64,000 nucleotides of DNA from assembly GCA_918797485.1 (NCBI GenBank), contig CAKKNE010000002.1:5766001-5830000 (forward strand), in the 5' to 3' direction. The notes below the pieces were generated by a model. It searched no databases and was not told the origin of the DNA. It worked only from the letters and a program-made list of their open reading frames with translations. How positions within the stretch are numbered: position 1 is the first letter of the stretch; every line of letters starts with the position of its first letter. The translations under genes were made by a program, and so were the position numbers. Source of the stretch: Pelagomonas calceolata. Taxonomy: Eukaryota. Shown piece after piece: positions 10,960 to 20,060 of this stretch.

Positions 10960-11565
10960 TCATCTTCGTCGTCTTAGCAACCGCCGCACAGGCGCGACGA
11001 GCCGCCAGCGCTTCCCGGACCGCTCGCGCCGCCGCAGGAACTGGCGGACGGGGTCGACGAGCGGGTAGTCGGCGGGCGGCATAGGGTACGCGTCGGAGCC
11101 GAGCTCCTCTGACGTGACCCAGGCGAGCGGCTGGCCCTCGGCGCCGACGGGCTCGCCGGCCCAGGCCAGCACGCCGTAGACTGGCATCAACAAATTCCGC
11201 GCGTCGTCGAGCGGGTGCGACGTGAACGCGATCGGCTCGAGGTCCGTCTCCTCCACGGATATGGCGAGCTCCTCGTCGAGCTCGCGGGCGAGGGCTTTTT
11301 CGAGCGTCTCGCCGGGGTCCACCTTCCCGCCGGGGAACTCCCACAGCCCCGCGAGTTGTGGAGGGTCCGAGCGCTGCTGGAGCAGCACGCGGCCCGACTT
11401 CGCGAGGACGCCCGCCGCGACGAGGAGGATTTGTCTCTGCGGTCCCGACGCGCCGGCCGCCAACGTCGTCAGGCCCCTGCCAGTAAGAGGTCTGCTCGGC
11501 GGCGTGAGGGCCGCGCAGAGTGGTCCGCAGAGGATGGCTGTGGACAGGAGCTTCAGTTTCATCAT
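10960..11565 (-). CDS. Nudix hydrolase, MutT/NudG-like, with N-terminal signal
   Basis: GLWEFPGGKVDPGETLEKALARELDEEL Nudix box; MPPADYP C-terminus typical of MutT. Confidence 0.85.
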   Translation of the reverse strand: MMKLKLLSTAILCGPLCAALTPPSRPLTGRGLTTLAAGASGPQRQILLVAAGVLAKSGRVLLQQRSDPPQLAGLWEFPGGKVDPGETLEKALARELDEELAISVEETDLEPIAFTSHPLDDARNLLMPVYGVLAWAGEPVGAEGQPLAWVTSEELGSDAYPMPPADYPLVDPVRQFLRRRERSGKRWRLVAPVRRLLRRRR

Positions 11566-11884
11566 TTTTGCGCCAAATGTAACACAGGAAATTGGCGTCT
11601 GTCCTCTCAGACGAAAATTGGAGATGTTGCGCGGCGCAGCAGATGCTCCTGTGCGGTTCTCCACGAGACAAGCGGGAGAAACTGGCGGCTCCTGAGAGCA
11701 TATTACCCGCACGTTAGCATACTCACCTCTGCACAGCCGGCATTGCGGCCGTTGGCACCCGCTGCAGCTGTACGCGAGTTGTTTGTGTCATACATCGACC
11801 GTTGCAGGCGGTGCGCGCATTGAAAGTCAGCGCTAATCCACTCATAAGAGCAAGGAGGCTGTCGGACATACGCTGTCGAGCAAG

Positions 11885-12810
11885 ATGCAAGCCAGCGACC
11901 AGGTCTTTCTCAGCTCGGACGGCCGCAGCTGGACGGCGCGGATCACCGTCGAAGGCTGCTCGAGCGAGGTCGAGGCGCTGGCCGCCGTCGCGCGCGCCAC
12001 GCGCGCCGCGCTGGGAAATGCTGCAGACGACGAGGCGGACGCGGGGCGGCGGCGCAAGAAGCGGCCGAAGCAGGACGTGGGCCCTCTACCCGACGACGCG
12101 GCAAATTTACTGCGCGAGTACTGCCGCCGCGAGAACAAGGACGTCGCCTTCGCCGAGGATGGCACGGGACCCTTCGTTTCCAGCGTGACTGTCAACGGTA
12201 CGACGCATTCCGGCGAGGCGCGCGCGTCTAAGAAGGCGGCGCGAGAAAGCGCCGCCGACGCGTTCTTCCAGGCGCTCGTTTCCGTGGACCAGAACTCGCA
12301 GCACGTCGTCGTGCAGCGGTGGCGCGAGCGCTGCTCGACGGACGTGGTGGACATGATCGGCCGCCTCGGGTCGTCGACCGACGTGCCGTGGCGCCGCCCG
12401 GTGGCGCGCGGCGTTGAAATCACGCCATCGACGCGTACCTGACTCACTTGTTGATCTTCACACAGGGTGCGTCGGAGAAGGACAAGTTCGTCGCGATCCG
12501 CGACCACCTCAAGCGCCAGCGCGAGCGGTGCGAGACCGACGTTGCTTCGCAACCGATCGCCGTGGCGGGCGCGACCTCGTCGTATCCGGTCGCGGACCTC
12601 TCGGCGACGGAGTGCCGAGCGGTCCTCGCGCGCCACGCGACGGCGAGGTTCGCCGACGTCCTGGACCGCGTCCACGGCATCGTCGTGCGCCGCAACGCGA
12701 ACGGCCTCTGCATGTGTGTCGCGGTGGACAGGCGCGGCGACGACGTGCTCGACAAGTTCTCGCTGAATCAGCTCAAGTGGCGGGAGGATCAGACCGCGAT
12801 GGACGTGTAA
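11885..12810 (+). CDS. dsRNA-binding-motif protein; two exons (11885-12400, 12466-12810)
   Basis: dsRBM-like FVSSVTVNGTTHSGEARASKKAARESAA; a phase-0 GT..AG intron 12401-12465 joins the two listed ORFs in frame. Confidence 0.65.
12401..12465 (+). mobile_element. Introner-like intron (65 bp)
   Basis: 3' end CTCACTTGTTGATCTTCACACAG closely resembles the ThrRS intron end; degenerate left TIR starts 8 nt after the GT; contains CGCCATCGACGCG. Confidence 0.65.
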
Positions 12811-12881
12811 GTTTGTTGATTTGTTGCCTTTTTCTCTTCCGGCTCCCGGGCGCGTGATATCGTTACGCTCCGAGCGTTTTG

Positions 12882-12904
12882 GCTAGCGCCGGTAAGACAC
12901 TAGC
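12882..12904 (-). promoter_or_regulatory. GCTAG-TGTCTTAC-N4-GCTAGC upstream motif copy
   Basis: One of 8 copies in upstream intergenic regions; about 210 bp upstream of the TRM7 ATG. Confidence 0.55.
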
Positions 12905-13114
12905 ACTCAAGCAACCTTGTGCAAGGCGTGCAAACTCTGTGGCAGAGACGTTACGCGTCTCCAAAGTGCGGCATTTTACCCGTAGTTGACTGCCGCTAAC
13001 AGTGCCAGCAACAATCGAACCGCCGTGCGAGCAGTAGGGGAGCAGCACAAAGAGAGCAGCATCAGAGAGCAGCCCAGCAACACGCCGCCGACGCGAGAAC
13101 TCCTCAAAAGAAGC

Positions 13115-13993
13115 ATGGGCCTCACATCAAGAGACAAGCGCGACGCCTACTACCGCCTCGCCAAGGCGCACGGCTACCGCGCGCGCGCGGCGTTCAAGCT
13201 CATCCAGATGGAGGACACGCTTTCGTTATTGAAAAACGCGACGCGCGTCGTGGACCTGTGCGCGGCGCCCGGGGGCTGGACGCAAGTTGTGGTGGAGCGC
13301 TGCGCCGCGGCGGTCGTCGCCGTCGACCTGAAGGACGTCGCGCCGGTCGACGGGGCGACCATATTGGTGGGGGACCTGACCTCGCCGCTCGTCATCGAGC
13401 GCATCGCTTCGACCTTGGACGGCAAGGCGGATGTTGTATTGTGCGACGGCGCCCCGGACGTCCTCGACCTCGGCGACGTCGACGCGCACCTCCAGCTGTC
13501 GTTATGTAGGGCGGCCCTGGTGTGCGCGCGCAAGGTGCTCGCACAGGGCGGGAGCTTCGTCTGCAAAATATATCGGGGCCGCGGCGCGGCGGCGTTCTTC
13601 GACGAGCTGCGGCGCGAGTTCGCCGACGTGCTCTGCGCGAAGCCGCGCTGCTCGCGCCACGCGTCCGTCGAGGCCTACGCCGTCGGGCGCGGGTTCGGGC
13701 GCGCTTCCGATGCCACGGGCCCGGTCCCCTTCGTCGCGTGCGGCGGCGCGGACGCGTTCGACGCCGACGCGTCGTATGCGCTGGAGGAGGACTACGTCTA
13801 CCGCGACCCGGTCCAGGCGCCGCTGCGGCCGCCGCACCTCGTCGGCGTGCCGACGCCGCCGCCCGCGCCGACGGCGCGGCGCGCGGCGCCCGCGGTCGCG
13901 GCGCGGCCGCCTCGGCGGCGGGAGGCGTTGGCTTGTGAAGGGGCGCCGCCTCCGGCTTCGGATGCGGGCGGGTTGGGGGCGTGGTTTTTGTAA
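13115..13993 (+). CDS. TRM7: tRNA (C32/N34) 2'-O-methyltransferase, FtsJ family
   Basis: MGLTSRDKRDAYYRLAKAHGYRARAAFKL, VVDLCAAPGGW, VLCDGAPD, KPRCSR..SVEAY, and the DADASY / PVQAP tail of TRM7/FTSJ1. Confidence 0.9.
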   Translation: MGLTSRDKRDAYYRLAKAHGYRARAAFKLIQMEDTLSLLKNATRVVDLCAAPGGWTQVVVERCAAAVVAVDLKDVAPVDGATILVGDLTSPLVIERIASTLDGKADVVLCDGAPDVLDLGDVDAHLQLSLCRAALVCARKVLAQGGSFVCKIYRGRGAAAFFDELRREFADVLCAKPRCSRHASVEAYAVGRGFGRASDATGPVPFVACGGADAFDADASYALEEDYVYRDPVQAPLRPPHLVGVPTPPPAPTARRAAPAVAARPPRRREALACEGAPPPASDAGGLGAWFL

Positions 13994-14014
13994 TGTTCAG
14001 TGTGACTAATGGTT

Positions 14015-14100
14015 CCTCCGTGACGACCGGGCACGAGTCAGCGCGACGCCGTCAGCGCGCCCCGGTCGACGCTCCGAGGCCAGTCTCAGAGCGCAAGCCC
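14015..14100 (+). repeat. 86-bp inverted repeat, left arm
   Basis: Exact reverse complement of 15840-15925. Confidence 0.9.
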
Positions 14101-14119
14101 TGGGCGGCCGCGTAACGCG

Positions 14120-14257
14120 ATGCCGGCCTTACCGCCGGAGGTTGTGCGAAGGTGTTTTCAATTTTTGCCCGTTGCGGAGCAGCTAAGGGTATCGCGGTCC
14201 GTACCAGAGCTCGAGTCTCTAATTCGACGCGCGAGGTGGGATGTGCTCCTCCCGTAA
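14120..14257 (+). CDS. 45-aa F-box-like micro-ORF or gene fragment
   Basis: Hand translation MPALPPEVVRRCFQFLPVAEQLRVSRSVPELESLIRRARWDVLLP resembles the F-box LPxEV...FxFL pattern. Confidence 0.35.
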   Translation: MPALPPEVVRRCFQFLPVAEQLRVSRSVPELESLIRRARWDVLLP

Positions 14258-14389
14258 ACCAAAACTAGTTAGTGTATTTTAAGGTAGCTCCTCGGCAGAC
14301 TATCTCAACCGCCGTACTCCCAAAGGTGCGTTCTCCTTTGGTCTTGCATCATTCGCATGCCAGCCCTGGGGAGCGCGTACGCCGCGCAA

Positions 14390-14615
14390 GTGCTGAGGAC
14401 TAGCTAGCCCACCAAGCGCTCGTCGCGCACGTGCTGAGGACTAGCTAGCCCGCCGTGTGCGCGTCGCCCGAGCGCTTATGACTAGCGAACCAGCCCTGCG
14501 CGCGCCGCGCAAGTGCTGAGGACTAGCTAGCCCACCGCGCGCTCGTCGCGCAAGTGCTGAAGACTACCTAGCCCGCCACACGCTCGACGAAAAAGTGCTG
14601 AGGACTAGCTAGCCC
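14390..14615 (+). repeat. 41-bp-period array: 6 copies of GTGCTGAGGACTAGCTAGCCC separated by 20-bp variable segments
   Basis: Units start at 14390, 14431, 14472 (degenerate), 14513, 14554 and 14595. Confidence 0.9.
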
Positions 14616-14641
14616 ACCGAAATTAGTCAAACCACACACAT

Positions 14642-15274
14642 TCACTCCTCTCCGTCGAGCTCGCACGCCAAGTCCTCGAGCGCCTCGTTGACGCTCGCCA
14701 CGACCTCGCGTGAGCGACGTTCGAGGTGCGCCGTCGCCGCGTCGGTGTCGGGGCGGAACGCCCCGAGGTGCCGTGCGGCCGTGAGCTCCAGCTTCTCTTT
14801 CTCGGCTTCCTGCAGCCGTCGGATGGCGTCGGCCGCGGCCGACAGGCCGCGGGACCGGAGCGCGGCCTCGCAAGCATTCGCGCGCTTTGAAATTCGGTCG
14901 AAGACTACGGTCACCTTGGCGACGACGGTCGCGTACGCCGCTGGATCGCCTTGCCGGCCCTCGCCGGGTGCGCACGCTACCAATGCTTCATCGTATTGTT
15001 TGTATGTTGCTGTTCTGTCCTGCTGCAACTTCCGCACGCGCGCCAGAAGCTCTGGCGCAGGGAGACCAGACACGTCGACGTCTTCAGGCTCGGCCGCGTC
15101 AGGGGCGTCCACGACCGGCGGCGCTGGCGGTAACGCTGTCGGCGCGCCCATGTCTATCGTCTGCTGCGTCGGATTGGACTGCTCCGCCTGCGTCTGCGAT
15201 GGCGTCTGGGCGAGCTCAGCCTGCTTTTGCCTGGCGTGATTTTGGAGGATGTTGAGGGCGGCGGTGGGGTCCAT
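14642..15274 (-). CDS. REX1-B (required for excision 1-B)-like coiled-coil protein
   Basis: LQQDRTATYKQYDEAL...VTVVFDRIS...IRRLQEAEKEKLELTA...VNEALEDL resembles the REX1-B/C19orf60 family. Confidence 0.7.
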   Translation of the reverse strand: MDPTAALNILQNHARQKQAELAQTPSQTQAEQSNPTQQTIDMGAPTALPPAPPVVDAPDAAEPEDVDVSGLPAPELLARVRKLQQDRTATYKQYDEALVACAPGEGRQGDPAAYATVVAKVTVVFDRISKRANACEAALRSRGLSAAADAIRRLQEAEKEKLELTAARHLGAFRPDTDAATAHLERRSREVVASVNEALEDLACELDGEE

Positions 15275-15462
15275 GGTGCTTTGCGGGTGCCCTCTTGATG
15301 TCGGCGCGTGGCTGCGCGCAGTTCGAGCCTCGTGCTCTCCCGCGATTCGCGGCGACGCCGCGCGAGCAGCTGCATCACGGGTTTTGTCTCGGGTCCCTTC
15401 TCATCCCATGGATCGAGAAAAATCAGCTATGCTCACCGGTCTTTGGACCGTTGTACGTATCT

Positions 15463-15599
15463 GCCCCTTTGGCTCCGATGTTTTGAAAAGACATCGCCAC
15501 TAGTCGGTAGAGCGTCCGCACGCGTAACACCGTGCCGCCCAAGTCTCATAATGCATATAAGAAATCTGAAGGTCGACAGTTCGATCCTGTCAGGGGGCA
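15463..15599 (+). tRNA. tRNA-Met(CAT), elongator, with three introns (15476-15501, 15517-15541, 15551-15563)
   Basis: Spliced 73-nt cloverleaf: GCCCCTT TG GCTC AGTCGGTA GAGC G TCAGT CTCATAA TCTGA AGGTC GACAG TTCGATC CTGTC AGGGGGC A; followed by an oligo-T Pol III terminator. Confidence 0.9.
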
Positions 15600-15606
15600 G
15601 AGCATA

Positions 15607-15614
15607 TTTTTTTT
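15607..15614 (+). terminator. Pol III oligo-T terminator of tRNA-Met
   Basis: T8 run beginning 8 nt after the discriminator base. Confidence 0.7.
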
Positions 15615-15839
15615 GCTTTTAGTCTCTTACGGAACCCCCTGCCGGTGTAACTAGGGTAACTCGGCCCAATATCCCCAAGGGGGGGCTTGGCCCGAGCGAA
15701 AAGCTACATTTACGTTGGGGGGCTGCCACCGACGACCCCCCGGCGGCCGAAGATGGGCCTCCTCGACGCCCACGTTCGTACCCCGTTGTCTATTCCCGTG
15801 GTCGTCCCCGAGCGCCGAAACGCGACTAAAACGGCTCCG

Positions 15840-15925
15840 GGGCTTGCGCTCTGAGACTGGCCTCGGAGCGTCGACCGGGGCGCGCTGACGGCGTCGCGCT
15901 GACTCGTGCCCGGTCGTCACGGAGG
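15840..15925 (-). repeat. 86-bp inverted repeat, right arm
   Basis: Exact reverse complement of 14015-14100. Confidence 0.9.
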
Positions 15926-16280
15926 CATGAGCTGGCCGACGTCGATCGGCGCCGCGCAAGTCCCCGGGGCAAGGAGCGACTACGCCAGGCGTGCCATCCA
16001 GTCCTCAGCACTTCCGCGACGAGCGTATGGCGGGCGAAGGGAGTTCTCCACGTAAAACCCGAAAAGCACGAGCTCGAGATTTTGCGCCAGCACAGCCTCT
16101 GCGTAGCGGTCGTGTGTTGCATCGACCGAGCTGTTGGTGTGCGCAACAGCAACCCACGAAACCCACTACTGCCCGTGCGAAACACCGGTGCAGAACGAAG
16201 CAGCCATGCCGTTTTTGGAGGCAGGCTAAAATCGTCTCCCACAGATACGACCGGAACGCGGCGCGAAAGAAGTAACAGAA

Positions 16281-17129
16281 ATGCTAGGCCTCGACCTACT
16301 CATAACGACGGCCTGCTTCGCTTTAGTAGCGCTGTCGCTCTACCCGCGGTCCGTCAAGGCGCAAGTCTGGGCGAGGACGCTGACGTTTCTAGGAAGGCCG
16401 TTCGCAAGCCTCGTCATACTCATCGGCGGCCTGTCGCCGTCGGCGTCCGACGACGAAGTCGCGGCCGCGGCCGCGGCGATCGCCACGACGGCCCGCGGAG
16501 AAAAATCCTCGCTGTCGCTGAGCCTCCTCGAGAGCGCGCCGGAGGACGTCCTCTCGACCATACTCCAATACGCGACGGCTGCCGACCTCCTCGCGACGGG
16601 CGCCGCCGCGCCGTCCTTCGTCAAGGCGTGCCTCTGCGACGCGGCGCCCTGGACCGCGCTCCGCCGGCGCCTGCCGCTGGGCCGCGCGTCGGCCAAGCCG
16701 CCCCGTTCAAATGAGAGGCAGCGGTTCTTCGAGGCGGCGTTATCGGCGGGCGCGGCCTTCGCGGCGACCGACGACCGCGTGTGCATCGGCCTCGGCGGGC
16801 GCGCGATCGACGCTACCAGTTGGCTCTCGCAGCACCCCGGCGGCGCGGCGGTCCTGGAACACTACCGCGGCCGCAACGCGACGGCGGCGCTCATCGCGTT
16901 TCCCCATTCCGCGAGCGCGCGGCGGCACATGCGCCACCTCGTCGTCTACGCGCCCGACGCGATCGTGGGCCGGCCGGGCGCGCCGTACCTGGCCGTCGCG
17001 CGGCTGCGCGGGAAGCGGAGCGCCGCGGCGCGGCGACGGACCGCCGCGCGGTTGGAGAAGCTCCGGCTCATGCAGCTCGGCGTGTTCTGCTTCCCGCGGC
17101 GGCGATCGGCCGCGCCGGCGTCGTTCTAG
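16281..17129 (+). CDS. Cytochrome b5-like heme-binding domain protein with N-terminal TM and F-box-like segment
   Basis: DATSWLSQHPGG...GRNATAAL..FPHSASAR (cytochrome b5); LLESAPEDVLSTILQY (F-box-like). Confidence 0.75.
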   Translation: MLGLDLLITTACFALVALSLYPRSVKAQVWARTLTFLGRPFASLVILIGGLSPSASDDEVAAAAAAIATTARGEKSSLSLSLLESAPEDVLSTILQYATAADLLATGAAAPSFVKACLCDAAPWTALRRRLPLGRASAKPPRSNERQRFFEAALSAGAAFAATDDRVCIGLGGRAIDATSWLSQHPGGAAVLEHYRGRNATAALIAFPHSASARRHMRHLVVYAPDAIVGRPGAPYLAVARLRGKRSAAARRRTAARLEKLRLMQLGVFCFPRRRSAAPASF

Positions 17130-17156
17130 GAGTCGATTTTGTAACTATGTTGTCAC

Positions 17157-18305
17157 TTAACGCCTCCTACCGGGACTCCGCCCGCCCTTCCGGCTCTCCT
17201 GGATCATGCTCACCTCGAAGTCCGTCATGCCCTTCTTCTTGATGCCCTGGACGAACTGGAGCCGCATCGCGCGCTCGGCCGCCGCTCTCTTTTTCGCTTC
17301 CGCGGCGCCCGGCGAGTCCACCGGCGCGTTCGGGTTGAGCAGCTCGCGCAGCTCGCGCGCCTCCTCGCGCGACATCTTCCCGTCGTTCCCGAGGTCGTCC
17401 ACCAAGCTCGCGGCCCGCTTCTGCGACGCCGTCGGCGACTTCTTGGCGACGGGCGACGGGAAGCCGTCGCGCCGCTTTGGAGGCGACCGCTTCGGCATCG
17501 GCGAGCGCGCCGTCGCGCCGTCCTCGGAAGTGTTCGGCATAAACGCCGAGACGAGTCTCAAATCCTTGGCCGAGAAGCCGCCGGCCTGCTCTCCTAGTAA
17601 ATACTTGACATGTTTCAAGTCCGCGGGCGTCCTGGGCCGTCTTCTCCTCCGCCGCGGCGCCGCGACGGGTGCGAGCGCGATGGATCCCACCGACGGGCGC
17701 GGCGGCGGCGCGGCTATCGATCTCCGCCGGCGGCGCGGCCGCCGCGGTTCACTGGTAGCGGCGGCGGTGCCCAATTCCGCAATCCAGTTCGTGGGCGAGG
17801 GCGCCGCAGGCATTTCCGGGACTCCGCCGCCAAAGCGCACCGGCGACCTCTGAACGGGCGCCGGGAAGTCCAGCGGCTTCAATAGAGCCGCCGCGTCCGC
17901 GGGCCCCGCTAATAAACCTTCCATGTACTCGGGGTTCGGCAATCCAAACCTATCGACGGGCCGCGCCGCGCGCGTCCGCCGTCCATCGATTCTTTTGATA
18001 TAGTCCGGCCGGCCCCCGAGGTACTCGGGGCCTTGCACCGTCTCGATCTGCGGTAGTAATCGCGGAACCGCCTTCGTGGGTGGTGGGTCCTGGAAGCGCC
18101 GTCTCACGGGCGGCGCCGCCGCGGCTTCCAGAAACTCGGCCTGGGCGATCTGCATGCTCAAGAACTCGTCGCGCTCCCTTATAGCTCGCTTTTGCCGGTC
18201 CTGCGCGCGTCTTTTTCTATCATCGTCCCTCAATAAAAGCTCGCGCTCGCGGTCGGCGGCCGGGTCCTCCCAGCCGGCGCGCCGGCCGTAGCGGTTGCGG
18301 CCCAT
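17157..18305 (-). CDS. Hypothetical basic, Pro-rich protein
   Basis: Long ORF; likely start MGRNRY at 18305 in AAAAATG context; no family recognised. Confidence 0.6.
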   Translation of the reverse strand: MGRNRYGRRAGWEDPAADRERELLLRDDDRKRRAQDRQKRAIRERDEFLSMQIAQAEFLEAAAAPPVRRRFQDPPPTKAVPRLLPQIETVQGPEYLGGRPDYIKRIDGRRTRAARPVDRFGLPNPEYMEGLLAGPADAAALLKPLDFPAPVQRSPVRFGGGVPEMPAAPSPTNWIAELGTAAATSEPRRPRRRRRSIAAPPPRPSVGSIALAPVAAPRRRRRRPRTPADLKHVKYLLGEQAGGFSAKDLRLVSAFMPNTSEDGATARSPMPKRSPPKRRDGFPSPVAKKSPTASQKRAASLVDDLGNDGKMSREEARELRELLNPNAPVDSPGAAEAKKRAAAERAMRLQFVQGIKKKGMTDFEVSMIQESRKGGRSPGRRR

Positions 18306-18716
18306 TTTTCGATCACCAACGGCTCGCGTCGATGGCGTCAATGCTGTGGTCCAGCGCGTCCGTCGAGATAATTAGCCCACCGGCGCTGGGCACTCTGCTT
18401 GGCTCGTCGTCCCTGGGGCCCGGGGCAGCCGCGTAACGCGACCGATCGAGTCAGGGACCGCGTGCCTGAGGCACGGTACCTTCTTCGACGCGACAGCCGG
18501 CGGACACGGCGCTTTAGGTGGCGCTTCGCGCGTCTAACGGCACCCCGTACGATGATGCCGGCTCTCGAGCTGGAGGCCTACGGGACGCCTCGTCGGAACG
18601 ATACATGGGTCTGACGGTCAACGGGAGCAAAACCTGTACTCGTAAATCTGCAGACCTGAGATGCTCTTGGCAATTTGGCAGCTGCAAAATAAGCGCTGCG
18701 CGACCCCGGGGCAGCA

Positions 18717-19979
18717 ATGGTCCATCGGGCTGCCGTCGCGTCGATGGCGTGGGTGCTGCTGCTCACTGGCGCAGCCGCGCTGGACTGCCATGCGGACTTC
18801 TGGCCCGAGATGCACGCCTCACCAAGAAGGCTCGAAGCGCTCATCCTGGCGAACGGCGCGCTCGTGAAGCTCTGCTTCGACGCTGACGCGGACGGCGCGG
18901 TGCACCGGCAGCATGCGCGAGCCTTTCTGAAGGCGGCGGGGCTCGTCGACGTCACACTCGGTGCCGGCCTGGAAGACGTCCTGCAACGGAACGACGCGGT
19001 CGAGGCGATTGTCGAGGTCTTATTCGCGGCAAAGCAGCGGCGGCGATCACCTGCGTTTTTGGCGCGAGTCGGATTCGAATCAATCGATCCCATGTTTATT
19101 AAGGCGTGGCCGGCGTTGCGGCCGGACGTCTCGTTTGATCTCGTGCCCCTGAACCGCGAGACGAAGATCACGGCGCGCCGAGGCGAGTCCGCGGCGGCCG
19201 CCGCGAGACGGTCGTGCGCCGTCGTCCCGTATCTCCACGCCACGGACGACTGCGAGGCCGAGGCCGCGGCGGAGATCATTCGCCTGCGCGGCGCCCACAA
19301 CGCGGTGCCGGCGGGCTTCGGCCAGATGCGGATCGAACTCGAGGAGTACTTGCAGGAACGCTTCGAATGCCCCGCGGGCGAGACGTGTGTGGCGCTCTTC
19401 GAGGGCGGCACCTATAGCTACCCGTTCAAGCTCCATGCGATGAGGAACCTCCTCGGCCACGTCCTGCGGGACCGCGCCGCGTCGAAACATGTCGAGGTCT
19501 GCGAGGTGGGCTTCAATGCCGGGCACTCGACGCTGCTCTGGCTCATGGCCGACCCGCGGGTGCGCGTCCGGGCCTTCGACCTTGGGATCCATTGGTACTC
19601 GCCGCATGTCACGGGCTTCTTCGACGCGGCCTTCGACGCGGGCCGCGTCGACGTCACGTTCGGCGACTCGCAGCAAACGCTCCCGGCCTTCGCGGCCGCC
19701 TTCAATTCGACGGAGCCGCCCGAGTTCTGCGACCTGATCTTCGTGGACGGCGACCACCACTACGCCGCGGCGCTCGCGGACCTGCGGAACCTGCGAGCGG
19801 CCGCGCGGCCCGGCCACCACGTGCTGCTGATGGACGACCCGGACCACGACGAGGTCGGCCGCGCGTGGCGAACAATGCTCGCGGACGGGGTCGAGCACTT
19901 CGGTGACGTCTACGAGGACGCGCACGGCGCGTCCGTGTATGGCGCGCGCGCGGCGATGGTCTACGGGGCCTACGTATGA
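18717..19979 (+). CDS. Class I SAM-dependent methyltransferase (Methyltransf_24-like), probably secreted
   Basis: VCEVGFNAGHS, FGDSQQTLP, CDLIFVDGDHHY; signal-peptide-like segment from the alternative ATG at 18744. Confidence 0.8.
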   Translation: MVHRAAVASMAWVLLLTGAAALDCHADFWPEMHASPRRLEALILANGALVKLCFDADADGAVHRQHARAFLKAAGLVDVTLGAGLEDVLQRNDAVEAIVEVLFAAKQRRRSPAFLARVGFESIDPMFIKAWPALRPDVSFDLVPLNRETKITARRGESAAAAARRSCAVVPYLHATDDCEAEAAAEIIRLRGAHNAVPAGFGQMRIELEEYLQERFECPAGETCVALFEGGTYSYPFKLHAMRNLLGHVLRDRAASKHVEVCEVGFNAGHSTLLWLMADPRVRVRAFDLGIHWYSPHVTGFFDAAFDAGRVDVTFGDSQQTLPAFAAAFNSTEPPEFCDLIFVDGDHHYAAALADLRNLRAAARPGHHVLLMDDPDHDEVGRAWRTMLADGVEHFGDVYEDAHGASVYGARAAMVYGAYV

Positions 19980-20060
19980 CAGGTGCCTTCTCCACGACGG
20001 CGCCCCCGGCCCGCGTCGGGCCGGTCCCCCGATGGTTCGTATAAGTGTGAATGTTACCTA

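Noticed and set aside
14390..14615. True CRISPR array
   Set aside because: Eukaryotic context, no cas genes in the window, and the 20-bp segments are homologous to each other and shared between arrays; kept as a repeat.
13115..15599. Functional linkage of TRM7 with the nearby tRNA-Met gene
   Set aside because: Proximity alone in a gene-dense genome; no evidence of linkage.
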